Assembly (NCBI GenBank): GCA_033763775.1
Contig: JANRJW010000014.1
Coordinates: forward strand, 89,037-153,036
Reading direction: 5' to 3'
DNA: 64,000 nt
DNA from: Alphaproteobacteria bacterium
Lineage (GTDB): Bacteria > Pseudomonadota > Alphaproteobacteria > Rickettsiales > SXRF01
In this document: positions 35,436 through 44,792 of the stretch, piece by piece
Layout: each line of letters begins with the position of its first letter
Position numbering within the stretch: position 1 is the first letter of the stretch
Notes under the pieces: generated by a model
The model's input: only the letters and a program-made list of their open reading frames with translations
Database searches by the model: none
Told to the model about the DNA's origin: nothing
Made by a program: the position numbers and the translations under genes

Positions 35436-35559
35436 CATCAAAAAATACATAGCTTAATCAACGCGATAAGGACATTCAGCATCGTCACAAAACCTTAATT
35501 TTTATTTATCTTACCGCTGACTTATAGTGTTAGGCATCAACCCTTAAAGCGACGCGCCC

Positions 35560-38262
35560 ATGCCACTGACACTGCAAGACCTGAAAGAGGCTACATCTCA
35601 AGCGAGATTCAATCGTAAAGAGTTAATCAGTTTAATTGAAGAGCATGGGCTGGTTGAGCGCGGCGGAAACAATAACTGGGGCGTGCCAGGACGCGCCGAT
35701 ATTAATCCGGTTTATATCCCTGATTACACAGAAATTAACAGCACCGTATGGAACAAGCTACTTAGAATCATGGAGCAGCTTGAAAAAGAAAAAGCGCCCA
35801 CCGAGACCGCCCCCAAAGCACCGCAGTGGCTGCATGATGAGTTGAAGAATATGCCCGAATGGGAGCTGGATGAAAGCCGGCTAGGCGAAAAGAGCGTCAC
35901 CCTGCGTAGCAAAGCCGCGCCGGAATTCGCCTTTGACGTGCCTCTGAGTGGCAATGATGTCATCGATAAAAAGACTTTCGATCTTTATGTTCAAAGCTAT
36001 GCAGGAAGTGAAAAAGAGCTGCTAAGTCTGACCAAATATCTTAAGCTACTTAGCGGACTTGATGAAAATGAGTGGAAGCTGGAGCGCAGCGCGCAAGGCA
36101 CGAAGCTCGTATCGCAGATGCAGGATATTCCGGACATTGAGCTAACCGGCAGGCCAGATCAACTGATCAAAAAAACAAACGACGCCAAAGAATATGCTGA
36201 GCTTTATCGAAATGATTTAGCGAAAAACCCAGCCGCAGCGCCTGAGCCCGCCTCCCCCGCGCCGCCAGAGCCTGAGATCCGCGCAGCGAAAAAGCTAGCC
36301 CCTGGCGCGGTGAAATCACCCGAGGAAGGTCAGCATGTGCTGATTCTTGACAGCAGCGCGATCATTGAGCTGGGGTCTTTTACTTTCGGTAAAAATGGCA
36401 ACAAGACCTCCCTGCTTGATATCGTGAAAGCCACGCAGAAGCTGCCGAATGTGAGCAAAATCATCATCCCCGATTATGTGGCGGATTTTGAAGTGCGCGG
36501 GCAGGGCACGCATTACGACGAAAAAGGCCAGCTGCTGGTGAGCGAAAGCATTCACGATAAAAAGAATTACGGCAATGACTATAAAGACGTGCGCGATAAC
36601 TTCCAGCGGCTCATCCACAATGCCGTGCGCCGTCATGTCGCGGCGGATGGCACGGTGGAATTTCTACATAATGCGGATGTGCCTGCTGAGCAGGTGAACA
36701 CCAGCATCGTCATCTGGGAGACACCCAAAGGCCGCGAATATGGCGAAGATATCTATACCAAGCTGAACGCAGGCAAGGTTCAGGAGGTGTTTGATAGCTA
36801 TGTCAGCAAGCCGGACGACCGAAGCTCGCGAAACAACTACGGTGAGCAGCAAATTGAGGCCATTTGCAACGACCGGGATTTTTACGCTGCGCCGGTGCAT
36901 ATCATCACCTCTGACAGGAACTACATCAGGGAAAGTAAGAACAATAAAACCGCAAACAAACAAAACAAAGCTTACCGCACCACGTTTGAATATCTTGATG
37001 CGGAGCTGTCATCGCGCGGACAGGAGCATCGCAATAAAATTGGCATGAGCTTCCAAAATGCTAAGGAAGCCTATGAGTATCTTCTGAACGACAGTAACGG
37101 AAAAATGGGAAAGGTTCAGGATGATAGTAGGCACATAACATCTCCCATCAGGCCTTTGATTCAAGACGGTATATTGGCTGCTGAAGCGGCGGGAGCCGCC
37201 GCCGCTGCGAGCCGACCCACTGTAACGCCAGCGGTAGCGCCGCGCCCAACTGTTGCGTTAAAGCCAGTGCGGGTGCCGGTGGTGCCTGCTGCAACGCCTG
37301 CTCCAACGGCTGTTCCAACTCCAGCTCCGGTGCCACCGCCCGCGGCGCGCACACTGGACGTTTCGCCGGAAGGCAGAGCATTTGGCGATTTGCTGCTGCG
37401 ACTGATGAATGATCGCGACCTTAACCGCTCTGGTTTTGCCAAGCTGATAAATGAGAACCTGCCACCGGATCAGTCCATGGATATTCAAACCGTGCGGGGT
37501 ATTTTATCTGGTAAGGAGCCGGTGAGCGAGGCACTGCTGGAGGTTATCGAAACCATCGCGATTGATCAGAACCCGCAGATCAATAACAAGGAAGATGCAA
37601 AGCAGGAGCTGCGGCAGGCTTGGGACAAAGCATGTGCGCAGCAGACGAACATGGCCAGCAGACAAGCTGTTGATAGCGCGGGTTACCATGGCTTTGGTGA
37701 TAAAGTTGCCGCGCTGTTTGAAAAGCGCAACGTGACCGACCCGGAAAAAATTGCAAGTGCCATCCGCGAGCAGATTGGCGTGCTGAAGCCGACCGAGCCG
37801 ACGATTGATAGCGCGCTGATACAAAAGATATTTGATGGTGAGCACCTGCCTTCGCCGGGGCTTGCTGCCGCGCTGCGCAAAGCGCTGGATAACCCCCCGG
37901 GTTTTGATGACGCCTATCAGAAAGCGCGTAGCGCGAAACCTCAGCCGCAAGAACTTTCAAAACTGCGTGAAAAAATCAAAAAACACTTCACGGATCTCGA
38001 TGAAACACTCGGCCTTAACGATATCGGCGTAGCAGGTAGAATTGGCCAGAAGCGCAATGTCGGCAGCTTGCTGGGCAAAGGCGGAAATGTGAGCTTTGAT
38101 GCCGAGCAGCTGGGAAGCTTTGGTTCAAATCTGAGCGGCTGGATGGAACGCGAACTCGGGGCAACACCCACGCAGGTCGCCGCGTTTCAAGCGGACTGGG
38201 AGCTTTTCAGCCGCGCCTATCTCGAAGAGCAGCAGAAGAAGCAGCTGAGCGCCGCGAAGTAG
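35560..38262 (+). CDS. large orphan protein (900 aa) with central PIN-like nuclease motifs, Pro/Ala linker and C-terminal HTH-like modules
   Basis: HVLILDSSAIIELG ... IIIPDYVADFEV ... GEQQIEAICNDRDF..VHIITSDRNYI resembles the PIN acidic-residue pattern. The Pro/Ala-rich linker is about residues 540-600. LLRLMNDRDLNRSGFAKLIN..DIQTVRGILSG is XRE-HTH-like. No overall family recognised. Confidence 0.55.
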   Translation: MPLTLQDLKEATSQARFNRKELISLIEEHGLVERGGNNNWGVPGRADINPVYIPDYTEINSTVWNKLLRIMEQLEKEKAPTETAPKAPQWLHDELKNMPEWELDESRLGEKSVTLRSKAAPEFAFDVPLSGNDVIDKKTFDLYVQSYAGSEKELLSLTKYLKLLSGLDENEWKLERSAQGTKLVSQMQDIPDIELTGRPDQLIKKTNDAKEYAELYRNDLAKNPAAAPEPASPAPPEPEIRAAKKLAPGAVKSPEEGQHVLILDSSAIIELGSFTFGKNGNKTSLLDIVKATQKLPNVSKIIIPDYVADFEVRGQGTHYDEKGQLLVSESIHDKKNYGNDYKDVRDNFQRLIHNAVRRHVAADGTVEFLHNADVPAEQVNTSIVIWETPKGREYGEDIYTKLNAGKVQEVFDSYVSKPDDRSSRNNYGEQQIEAICNDRDFYAAPVHIITSDRNYIRESKNNKTANKQNKAYRTTFEYLDAELSSRGQEHRNKIGMSFQNAKEAYEYLLNDSNGKMGKVQDDSRHITSPIRPLIQDGILAAEAAGAAAAASRPTVTPAVAPRPTVALKPVRVPVVPAATPAPTAVPTPAPVPPPAARTLDVSPEGRAFGDLLLRLMNDRDLNRSGFAKLINENLPPDQSMDIQTVRGILSGKEPVSEALLEVIETIAIDQNPQINNKEDAKQELRQAWDKACAQQTNMASRQAVDSAGYHGFGDKVAALFEKRNVTDPEKIASAIREQIGVLKPTEPTIDSALIQKIFDGEHLPSPGLAAALRKALDNPPGFDDAYQKARSAKPQPQELSKLREKIKKHFTDLDETLGLNDIGVAGRIGQKRNVGSLLGKGGNVSFDAEQLGSFGSNLSGWMERELGATPTQVAAFQADWELFSRAYLEEQQKKQLSAAK

Positions 38263-38271
38263 CGGCAGGCG

Positions 38272-39258
38272 CTACCCCAGCCACATCTTCGCCAGCGAAT
38301 AGTAAAGCGGGATGCCAAAGACGATGTTAAACGGAAAGGTGATGGCCAGCGACATCGGCAGGTAGATCGCCGCTTGTGCCTCCGGCAGGGCGAGGCGCAT
38401 CGCCGCCGGCACCGCGATGTAGGACGCGCTGGCAAACAGCACCGCATAGAGCGTGCCCGTGCCGACATCGAGGCCGATGGCCGTGGCAACGCCAAGCCCG
38501 GCGAGCGCGCTTAATATCGGCATGTAAATCGCAAATGCCACCAGCGAAAAAGTGAACTGGCGCAGATGGTGCAGGTTTTTGGCAACGAGCAGCCCCATAT
38601 CCAGCAGAAATAGCGCGAGAATGCCTTGAAACGGATCCACCAGAAAGGCTTTCATTTTTTCCATGCCTGGCTCGCCGGTGATCCAGCCGATGACAAACGA
38701 TCCCATCAGCAGCAAAATCGCACCATTGGTGAAAATCTCGCGGTTAAGGAGCTTTTTTTCTTCCTGCTCATGCCCGCGCGTCTCCGGGGCATCGCGGTGA
38801 GCAAGGAACAATCCAGACAGTACCGCCGGCGCTTCCATCAGCGCGAGGATGGCCACGATATAGCCCGCATAGGCCACCTCATCGAGCTTCAGGAACGAGG
38901 CCGCCGTCACAAACGTGACCATGCTGATCGAGCCGTAATGCGCCGCCACCGCCGCCGCTGTCGGGGAATCGAGCTTGCTGGTTTTCCTCAGCAGCCAGTA
39001 ACCAACGAATGGCTGCACAAAGCCAAAGGCCACGCCAATACCAATTGCCCAGAAAATCTGCGCGGTGAACTCGTGCGTATTGGCCAGCGCCACGCCACCC
39101 TTAAAGCCAATCGACATCATCAGGTAAATGGAAAGGTAGCGGCTGATGCTTTCCGGCACATCAAGATCCGACTTGATAAACCCCGCAAGCAGGCCAAGGC
39201 CAAAAAAGAGAATCGGCGGCGAAAGCAGGTTTTGCGTGAAGAGGTGCAGGATTTCCAT
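38272..39258 (-). CDS. SbtA-like / DUF897-family permease (sodium-dependent bicarbonate transporter family)
   Basis: 328 aa, about 10 TM segments. N-terminus LLSPPILFFGLGLLAGFIKSDLDVPESISRYLSIYLMMSIGFKGG resembles the Sbt_1 family. Confidence 0.6.
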   Translation of the reverse strand: MEILHLFTQNLLSPPILFFGLGLLAGFIKSDLDVPESISRYLSIYLMMSIGFKGGVALANTHEFTAQIFWAIGIGVAFGFVQPFVGYWLLRKTSKLDSPTAAAVAAHYGSISMVTFVTAASFLKLDEVAYAGYIVAILALMEAPAVLSGLFLAHRDAPETRGHEQEEKKLLNREIFTNGAILLLMGSFVIGWITGEPGMEKMKAFLVDPFQGILALFLLDMGLLVAKNLHHLRQFTFSLVAFAIYMPILSALAGLGVATAIGLDVGTGTLYAVLFASASYIAVPAAMRLALPEAQAAIYLPMSLAITFPFNIVFGIPLYYSLAKMWLG

Positions 39259-39269
39259 GAGGCGCTCCT

Positions 39270-40064
39270 TTAAAAATCCGGGTAGTAATAGCGCGCATGC
39301 GGCGCGATGTCTTTTAGTTTTTTCAGCACCGTCTCCAGCGGCACATCCATGGGTTTAGCCTTCTGTTTTATCACAGAAAAATCATATTTACCAAGCCGCC
39401 TGCCGACAACATCTTCCAGTAGCATCGGCTGCGCTACCAGCGATTCATAGCGCAGCAGCGTGAGGTTTTTTTCCTGCTCATAGAGGCGCTGGTAGAGCAT
39501 GTCCAGCAGACGGATTTGCCGCTCCAGCAGCTCCATGGGCGCGCGCTGAAGCGCCGCAAGCTGCGGCCAGAAATAGCTGGCCGCCGGTAGTTCGCCGCGG
39601 GAAACCGGAAGGGGGCTCATGCGCCACGAAGCGAGCACCTCCAGCGGACTACGAATCAGCGCGATGATGCGAAACTGGCCAGAGGCGACCAGCTGCGGTA
39701 GCGCGCCGAGAAACAGCCCGTTATGTTTTGCCGCCAGCAGAAAATCCGCGCCAAGCCCACCGCGCACCAGCGGCACCACCGGCACCATATGTTCGCCGTT
39801 TTCATTCAGATAATTGGTGACTGGCCGACCATCTGCCCGCCGGTGATCCATCACCGGCTGGCCAGTAAGCAGCATGGTGCGAAGGCGCTGCATGTCGCGG
39901 GTGAGGGCTACGGCAAACGCCTCGGCGTTTGGCGCGGTTCTGGCAAGCTCCACCTGCCAGAGCGGCTCGCTGAGGCAGACACTCTCTTCCATGCTGTCGG
40001 TCAGCGCCGAAAGCAGCGTGGTGCCACTGCGGGGCAGGCCGGTGAGAAGCCACGGCTTGCTCAT
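39270..40064 (-). CDS. sulfotransferase-family protein
   Basis: MSKPWLLTGLPRSGTTLLS matches the 5'-PSB loop (PRSGTT) of PAPS-dependent sulfotransferases. ATGA overlap with the upstream glycosyltransferase. Confidence 0.65.
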   Translation of the reverse strand: MSKPWLLTGLPRSGTTLLSALTDSMEESVCLSEPLWQVELARTAPNAEAFAVALTRDMQRLRTMLLTGQPVMDHRRADGRPVTNYLNENGEHMVPVVPLVRGGLGADFLLAAKHNGLFLGALPQLVASGQFRIIALIRSPLEVLASWRMSPLPVSRGELPAASYFWPQLAALQRAPMELLERQIRLLDMLYQRLYEQEKNLTLLRYESLVAQPMLLEDVVGRRLGKYDFSVIKQKAKPMDVPLETVLKKLKDIAPHARYYYPDF

Positions 40065-41002
40065 GAAGGTTTGCGCCCAAGAAGTGTGCCAACATGCGCA
40101 AGCCACGCCTGCTCAAACGCCTCGGCGCTGTAATGTTTTGCCGTCTCCATGCCCGCCGCCGCGCAGCGCTCGGCCAACGCCTCATCCATCATCGCGCGGT
40201 GAACAATGTCTGCGAGCGAGCCGAGCTCACGGTAAGAACAGGTGAGCGAGTTTTCGCCGTAGCGCAGATAATCACGCCCGGCCAAACCATCCAGCCCGGT
40301 CACCATCGTGCCAAGCGCCATCGCTTCGAGCGGCACCAGCCCGAATCCTTCGGCAATGGTGAGATTGATAAGATAGCGCACCGAAGCCAGACGTTGCTGA
40401 AATTCTGTCCGCGATAGCTCCGTGCCCGTCACCAGCTGATCCAGCCGCACATCCGGCGCGCGGCGCGCCATGGCGGTGGCGAGAAAATGATACAGAATCG
40501 CCGTATCCGGTCCATCGCGCTTGATGAACACCAGCGCCGAATGCGCCGGCCGATCGCGCCATGGCGGCAGCGCCAGGCCGGGCTCAACCATCGCAAAAGG
40601 CGCCGTCACCGGCGCGGTGATGCCCCACACCGAGGCGAGATAGCGCTGCACCGTGGTGCTCGCCGCGACATAAAGATCAAACTGCCCATCAAGCACGCCA
40701 TGGGTATTAAATCCCTGCACATACATGATTTTGCGCCCGGGCAGACGCGCGCCAAAAAGAAAATTAGAAAAAGCCGGCGCGCTGACCAGCAGGTCATCAT
40801 CCGTCATCTGATCGTCCAGCTGCTGCAAGCTGCAGCGCTCCATCGGATGATCATAGGTAAAGGGCGAGACCTTGCCGCGCTGCACCTCAACATCCACCAA
40901 CCGGTAGCCAAAACGCATGCTAATCAGCCTGCCAAGGCGGTAAAGCATGTAGGCGCCACCCGCCGGCAGACTTGCACCTATTACATAAACACTGGTCGTC
41001 AT
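40061..41002 (-). CDS. glycosyltransferase, GT-B group 1 (GT4-like)
   Basis: 313 aa. EGFGLVPLEAMALGTMV (E-x7-E motif). Confidence 0.7.
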   Translation of the reverse strand: MTTSVYVIGASLPAGGAYMLYRLGRLISMRFGYRLVDVEVQRGKVSPFTYDHPMERCSLQQLDDQMTDDDLLVSAPAFSNFLFGARLPGRKIMYVQGFNTHGVLDGQFDLYVAASTTVQRYLASVWGITAPVTAPFAMVEPGLALPPWRDRPAHSALVFIKRDGPDTAILYHFLATAMARRAPDVRLDQLVTGTELSRTEFQQRLASVRYLINLTIAEGFGLVPLEAMALGTMVTGLDGLAGRDYLRYGENSLTCSYRELGSLADIVHRAMMDEALAERCAAAGMETAKHYSAEAFEQAWLAHVGTLLGRKPS

Positions 41003-41236
41003 TGCTTTATAAAAATCTGATTAATCTACATATTTTACTCTGTCTTAACCATCATGACAATTCTGAAAATAGCTTTTGCAGCACCTTCACATATTTGTCA
41101 CAAATAAATGCTTCAGATTATCCACAGGCTAGGCTAATGTTTCACTATCAGATCTGTGATCTGGTTATGTCTATTTGTGACGGTTCCTAAACCTAGGGAC
41201 AAATAGTTTTTCTAACGTTAGTAAAAAGGTAGTTTT

Positions 41237-41578
41237 ATGAAAACCCAAACTAAAGACTTAAGCATCGCATGGCAGGCTTGCCTGATGGTGATGCTGACCG
41301 CCATCGTGATCTCGATGCCGGAACTTGCTATGGCCAACTCCAACACCCCGATGGGTAACGTGCTGTGTACGGTAGTTGCATGGTTCACCGGCAACACCGG
41401 TAAAGGCCTTGCCACCATCGCGATCACCGTAATCGGTATCGGCGCACTCCTCGGTAAAGTATCCTGGGGTATGGCGATCATCGTTGGTATCGGCGTTGCG
41501 ATCGTATTCGGTGCCGCAGGCATCGTGAACACGATGGGCGCTGGCGGTGGTTCTACCCAGACTTGCGTTACTTCCTAA
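41237..41578 (+). CDS. virB2: VirB2/TrbC-family type IV secretion pilin
   Basis: Long leader ...PELAMA, then NVLCTVVAWFTGNTGKGLATIAITVIGIGALLGKVSWGMAIIVGIGVAIVFGAAGIV. This aligns well from memory with Agrobacterium VirB2 (two hydrophobic segments). Confidence 0.8.
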   Translation: MKTQTKDLSIAWQACLMVMLTAIVISMPELAMANSNTPMGNVLCTVVAWFTGNTGKGLATIAITVIGIGALLGKVSWGMAIIVGIGVAIVFGAAGIVNTMGAGGGSTQTCVTS

Positions 41579-41605
41579 TCGTAAGATTGGTAAAGCCAAG
41601 AAAAA

Positions 41606-41633
41606 CCCTGCCGAGCAATCGGCGGGGTTTTTT
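41606..41633 (+). terminator. Rho-independent terminator-like hairpin after virB2
   Basis: ccctgccg-agcaat-cggcgggg followed by tttttt, about 30 nt after the stop. Confidence 0.65.
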
Positions 41634-41669
41634 GTTGTTTGATACATCTGCACTTCGTATGCTGACTCC

Positions 41670-43124
41670 ATGAACATGCGCTATTTTCCACACAGTTTGG
41701 TCGTTCTTGTTTTTGGTATTGCGGTTCTTTTCGCTTTTGCCAATCAGACAGTCATTTTTCAAGACCCTGATACACTATGGCATATACGTGCCGGAGACCT
41801 GATCCGCCAGCATGGCATTGATAGCAATGAGCCCTGGTCGTGGACAGCGGGTGATTATCCATGGATCAATATTGCCTGGCTACCCGACATCGCGATGAGC
41901 TGGCTCTATGAGCTGGGTGGTTTAAGTTTACTCGCTGCCTGTACGTTGATCCTCTTTACCCTGGTCATTGCATCACTCGCTGCTATCGGCTTGAAACTTA
42001 AAGCAACAATAAGCATTATGGCATTGCCGCTTTTTTACAGCGCCGGCATCCTTGCCGAGGGAATGCTGGCACGGCCGCAGCTACTCAGTCTGCTATTTGC
42101 TGCTGCCGTATATGCGCTGTTGCGTTTTGCGCATACTCGCACGCTCTTGTGGCTGCTGCCGCTCTACTTGCTATGGAGTAATAGCCATGGGGGCTATATC
42201 ACCATGTTTGTTATCATTGGTATGTTCTTCATTGAGGCAGTGGTACAAAACCAGACGACGAAAGCGAAATGGCTTGCATTGATTGCCGCTGGCTGCGCTC
42301 TGTTGACTCTCGCTAACCCTTATGGGGTGCACATCCTCAGCGCCACGCTTGCCGTGCTGAGCACCCCTGCCAATCAGTTGCTGCATGAATGGCAAACTAC
42401 AGCACCAGCGCAATATCTCTACCTGCTCGGATGGCTTGTGCTGATGGTGATTGCTGGTGGCATGCGCAGCAAAGAGATTCCTCTCGCCGATAAGCTGCTT
42501 GCAATATTCTGGCTGGTAATGGCGATGGCGTCGCTACGCATGACTTACTTCGCCGCTATTTTCAGCTTCCCCTATCTGGTGCAGGCGCTAAGTGCATGGC
42601 AAAAAACCCTTCCGACGCTGACGAAAGATTTTCAAGCGCTGAGTAGTGATCCAATGCGCTGGAAAATATCGCTTACCGCAGTGGCCTTGATTGTCTTCTT
42701 ATTGTCACCCTGGCGCAGCTATATTCTGAGTGATATAAGCTTGCCCGAACATATCGCACCCAAAGTGGAGGTGGAGTTTCTTGCTGCGAATTATCCCCAG
42801 CTGAAACTAATGAACCACTATGATTTTGGCGGCTATCTGATTTATCGACGCGACCTTGGCCTTGAGCCATTCATCGATGGACGCGCAGAAACAGCCTACC
42901 CGCGAACGCTGATTATTGATTATTTTGTTCTCCAGAAATTAGATATTGGTTGGGAAAAAGTAGCAGCCGACTATGGTATTCAAGCGTTCCTATTGCCCCT
43001 GAAAGACAAGGATGGCATATCGCGCTCACCGCAAATTGCTATACTGGATCAGTCACCGCAATGGAAACGCGTTTTCACCGGCGATATTGCGGCGGTTTAT
43101 ATTCATCGAAATCTGAGCAGATAA
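41670..43124 (+). CDS. polytopic membrane protein, possible GT-C-fold glycosyltransferase
   Basis: 484 aa, more than 10 predicted TM segments. Acidic first-loop motif FQDPDTLWHIRAGD and a soluble C-terminal domain. Family not identified with certainty. Confidence 0.45.
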   Translation: MNMRYFPHSLVVLVFGIAVLFAFANQTVIFQDPDTLWHIRAGDLIRQHGIDSNEPWSWTAGDYPWINIAWLPDIAMSWLYELGGLSLLAACTLILFTLVIASLAAIGLKLKATISIMALPLFYSAGILAEGMLARPQLLSLLFAAAVYALLRFAHTRTLLWLLPLYLLWSNSHGGYITMFVIIGMFFIEAVVQNQTTKAKWLALIAAGCALLTLANPYGVHILSATLAVLSTPANQLLHEWQTTAPAQYLYLLGWLVLMVIAGGMRSKEIPLADKLLAIFWLVMAMASLRMTYFAAIFSFPYLVQALSAWQKTLPTLTKDFQALSSDPMRWKISLTAVALIVFLLSPWRSYILSDISLPEHIAPKVEVEFLAANYPQLKLMNHYDFGGYLIYRRDLGLEPFIDGRAETAYPRTLIIDYFVLQKLDIGWEKVAADYGIQAFLLPLKDKDGISRSPQIAILDQSPQWKRVFTGDIAAVYIHRNLSR

Positions 43125-44792
43125 TCATGGCCTGATACGCTCATAATAAATGAAGCGAAGCTGGTTTTTATCGTTGAGCGCTGCCTCTGTAGCAAGAATA
43201 GAGGCGCTGCCTTTAAATTTTTCATAATATAAACGCAACACTGGGAGCAATTCTTGTGGAACATCGATGTAGCGCTCAACCATTCGATAATTATTGGTAA
43301 ACTCAGGAAGCGCATGCATGCCATGGTCACTGAGGAAAGCAGGTTTCTTTGCGCCCCAAATGTGTCCAAAAATAATATAATCTGGCCTTCGAGACAAAAC
43401 ATATTGCCCATCACCCTTGAGATGCCCCACGACATAGGCAGTGAAATCATCTGGAACAACCGCGGCATCATAGGGCTTTCTCGCTATATATTTATCATTA
43501 AGCCCTAGCATATCAATATAGCGAAACTGAGGCGCTATATAAGGTAAAGCACCGGCAGGGTTGATCGCAATCAACGATCCTGACGGCCAGTTTTCACTGA
43601 TGTAAGGCCCTGCCGATAGCCCCGAAATTGCGCCTTTTGATAAATAATCATCTAATTCAACATAACCAAACTGTAAAATAGAAAGCACGATCATCGCACC
43701 AGAGAAATCTCGAAAATACCTTTCGTTTTTTTCTATTAGCCAACCTGCTGTGTAAAAAATAAATATCGCCAGAAGCGGAATGATCGGTACATAAAAACGC
43801 AAATATTTCATGTGATCACCGCCACTGGTAATCACATGCCAGAAGAGCGCAGTTATCAACAGCAAGAGATAAAAAGCTGTGCGAGATTTTAATGCATAAT
43901 CACGGATCATCCAGAAGAGCACAAGCACCGCAAGAGGCAGCAAAGGTGGCACATAAAATATTTGAAAGATATAAAACCAGCCAAGGCGAGTCAGCAGATC
44001 GGCAGGAATGCCATACACTTTGGCATAGTACGTATTAGGCAGGAAATCGCCATACATATGGTATTTCCACGCCATCCACGGCGCAAAAAGCAGCATGAAG
44101 CCAAAAAAGAGCAGCATCAGGCGCGAAAAATCGAGATATTTGCGCTGCGATGGCAGCAGCCAGAAAAGCCCAAGCACAATGCCGGTGATGCCCCAGATCA
44201 TGAGGCCTTCCATGCGCGTCATGGTCGCAAGCGCAAAGAGGACACCGGTTAAAAACACCATTTTTTTGCTCAGGCCAAACTCAAGCCAGTACAGCACGAG
44301 GCAAACAGCACCGGTGAGTAGAAAGCTGAAAAGAACGGCCTCCAGCCCGCCCATCACCCATGCGAGCACCGGCACCGCTGAGGCGACAAGCCCAACGCAT
44401 AGCGCGGCATTAATCTGATGGGCGTAATATTTCTCGCTGCTGGCAAATTTCCGCCGGTACATGGTCTGCGTAAAGCCATAAAGCACCGCCAGTAAGGCAA
44501 AATATCCCGCAAAGCTAACCACACGAGTTGCGAGTACCAGATCCATGCCCAGCCAGCCAAGAGCGGCAATCAGCACCATGTAAAGAAAGTTCGAATAGCC
44601 CTCAACCGGCTCATCGCCGCGGCTCCACACGAGGCCGTAGCCCTCGAGCCAATTGCGCGCATAGACCAGTGTGATGTAGGAATCATCCTGATAAAAGCCG
44701 CGCGTAAACCACCATACGACCAGCGCAATCGCAGCGCTTTGAAGGTAAATATAGGCAGGCGGCCAATGCGCTTTTTTAGGAAGCGCTGCCAT
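43125..44792 (-). CDS. GT-C-fold membrane glycosyltransferase (ArnT/PMT/arabinofuranosyltransferase-like)
   Basis: 555 aa. N-terminal FYQDDSYITLVYARNWLEGYGLVWSRGDEPVEGYSNFLY is typical of DD-motif GT-C enzymes. Many TM segments and a C-terminal soluble domain. Confidence 0.6.
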   Translation of the reverse strand: MAALPKKAHWPPAYIYLQSAAIALVVWWFTRGFYQDDSYITLVYARNWLEGYGLVWSRGDEPVEGYSNFLYMVLIAALGWLGMDLVLATRVVSFAGYFALLAVLYGFTQTMYRRKFASSEKYYAHQINAALCVGLVASAVPVLAWVMGGLEAVLFSFLLTGAVCLVLYWLEFGLSKKMVFLTGVLFALATMTRMEGLMIWGITGIVLGLFWLLPSQRKYLDFSRLMLLFFGFMLLFAPWMAWKYHMYGDFLPNTYYAKVYGIPADLLTRLGWFYIFQIFYVPPLLPLAVLVLFWMIRDYALKSRTAFYLLLLITALFWHVITSGGDHMKYLRFYVPIIPLLAIFIFYTAGWLIEKNERYFRDFSGAMIVLSILQFGYVELDDYLSKGAISGLSAGPYISENWPSGSLIAINPAGALPYIAPQFRYIDMLGLNDKYIARKPYDAAVVPDDFTAYVVGHLKGDGQYVLSRRPDYIIFGHIWGAKKPAFLSDHGMHALPEFTNNYRMVERYIDVPQELLPVLRLYYEKFKGSASILATEAALNDKNQLRFIYYERIRP

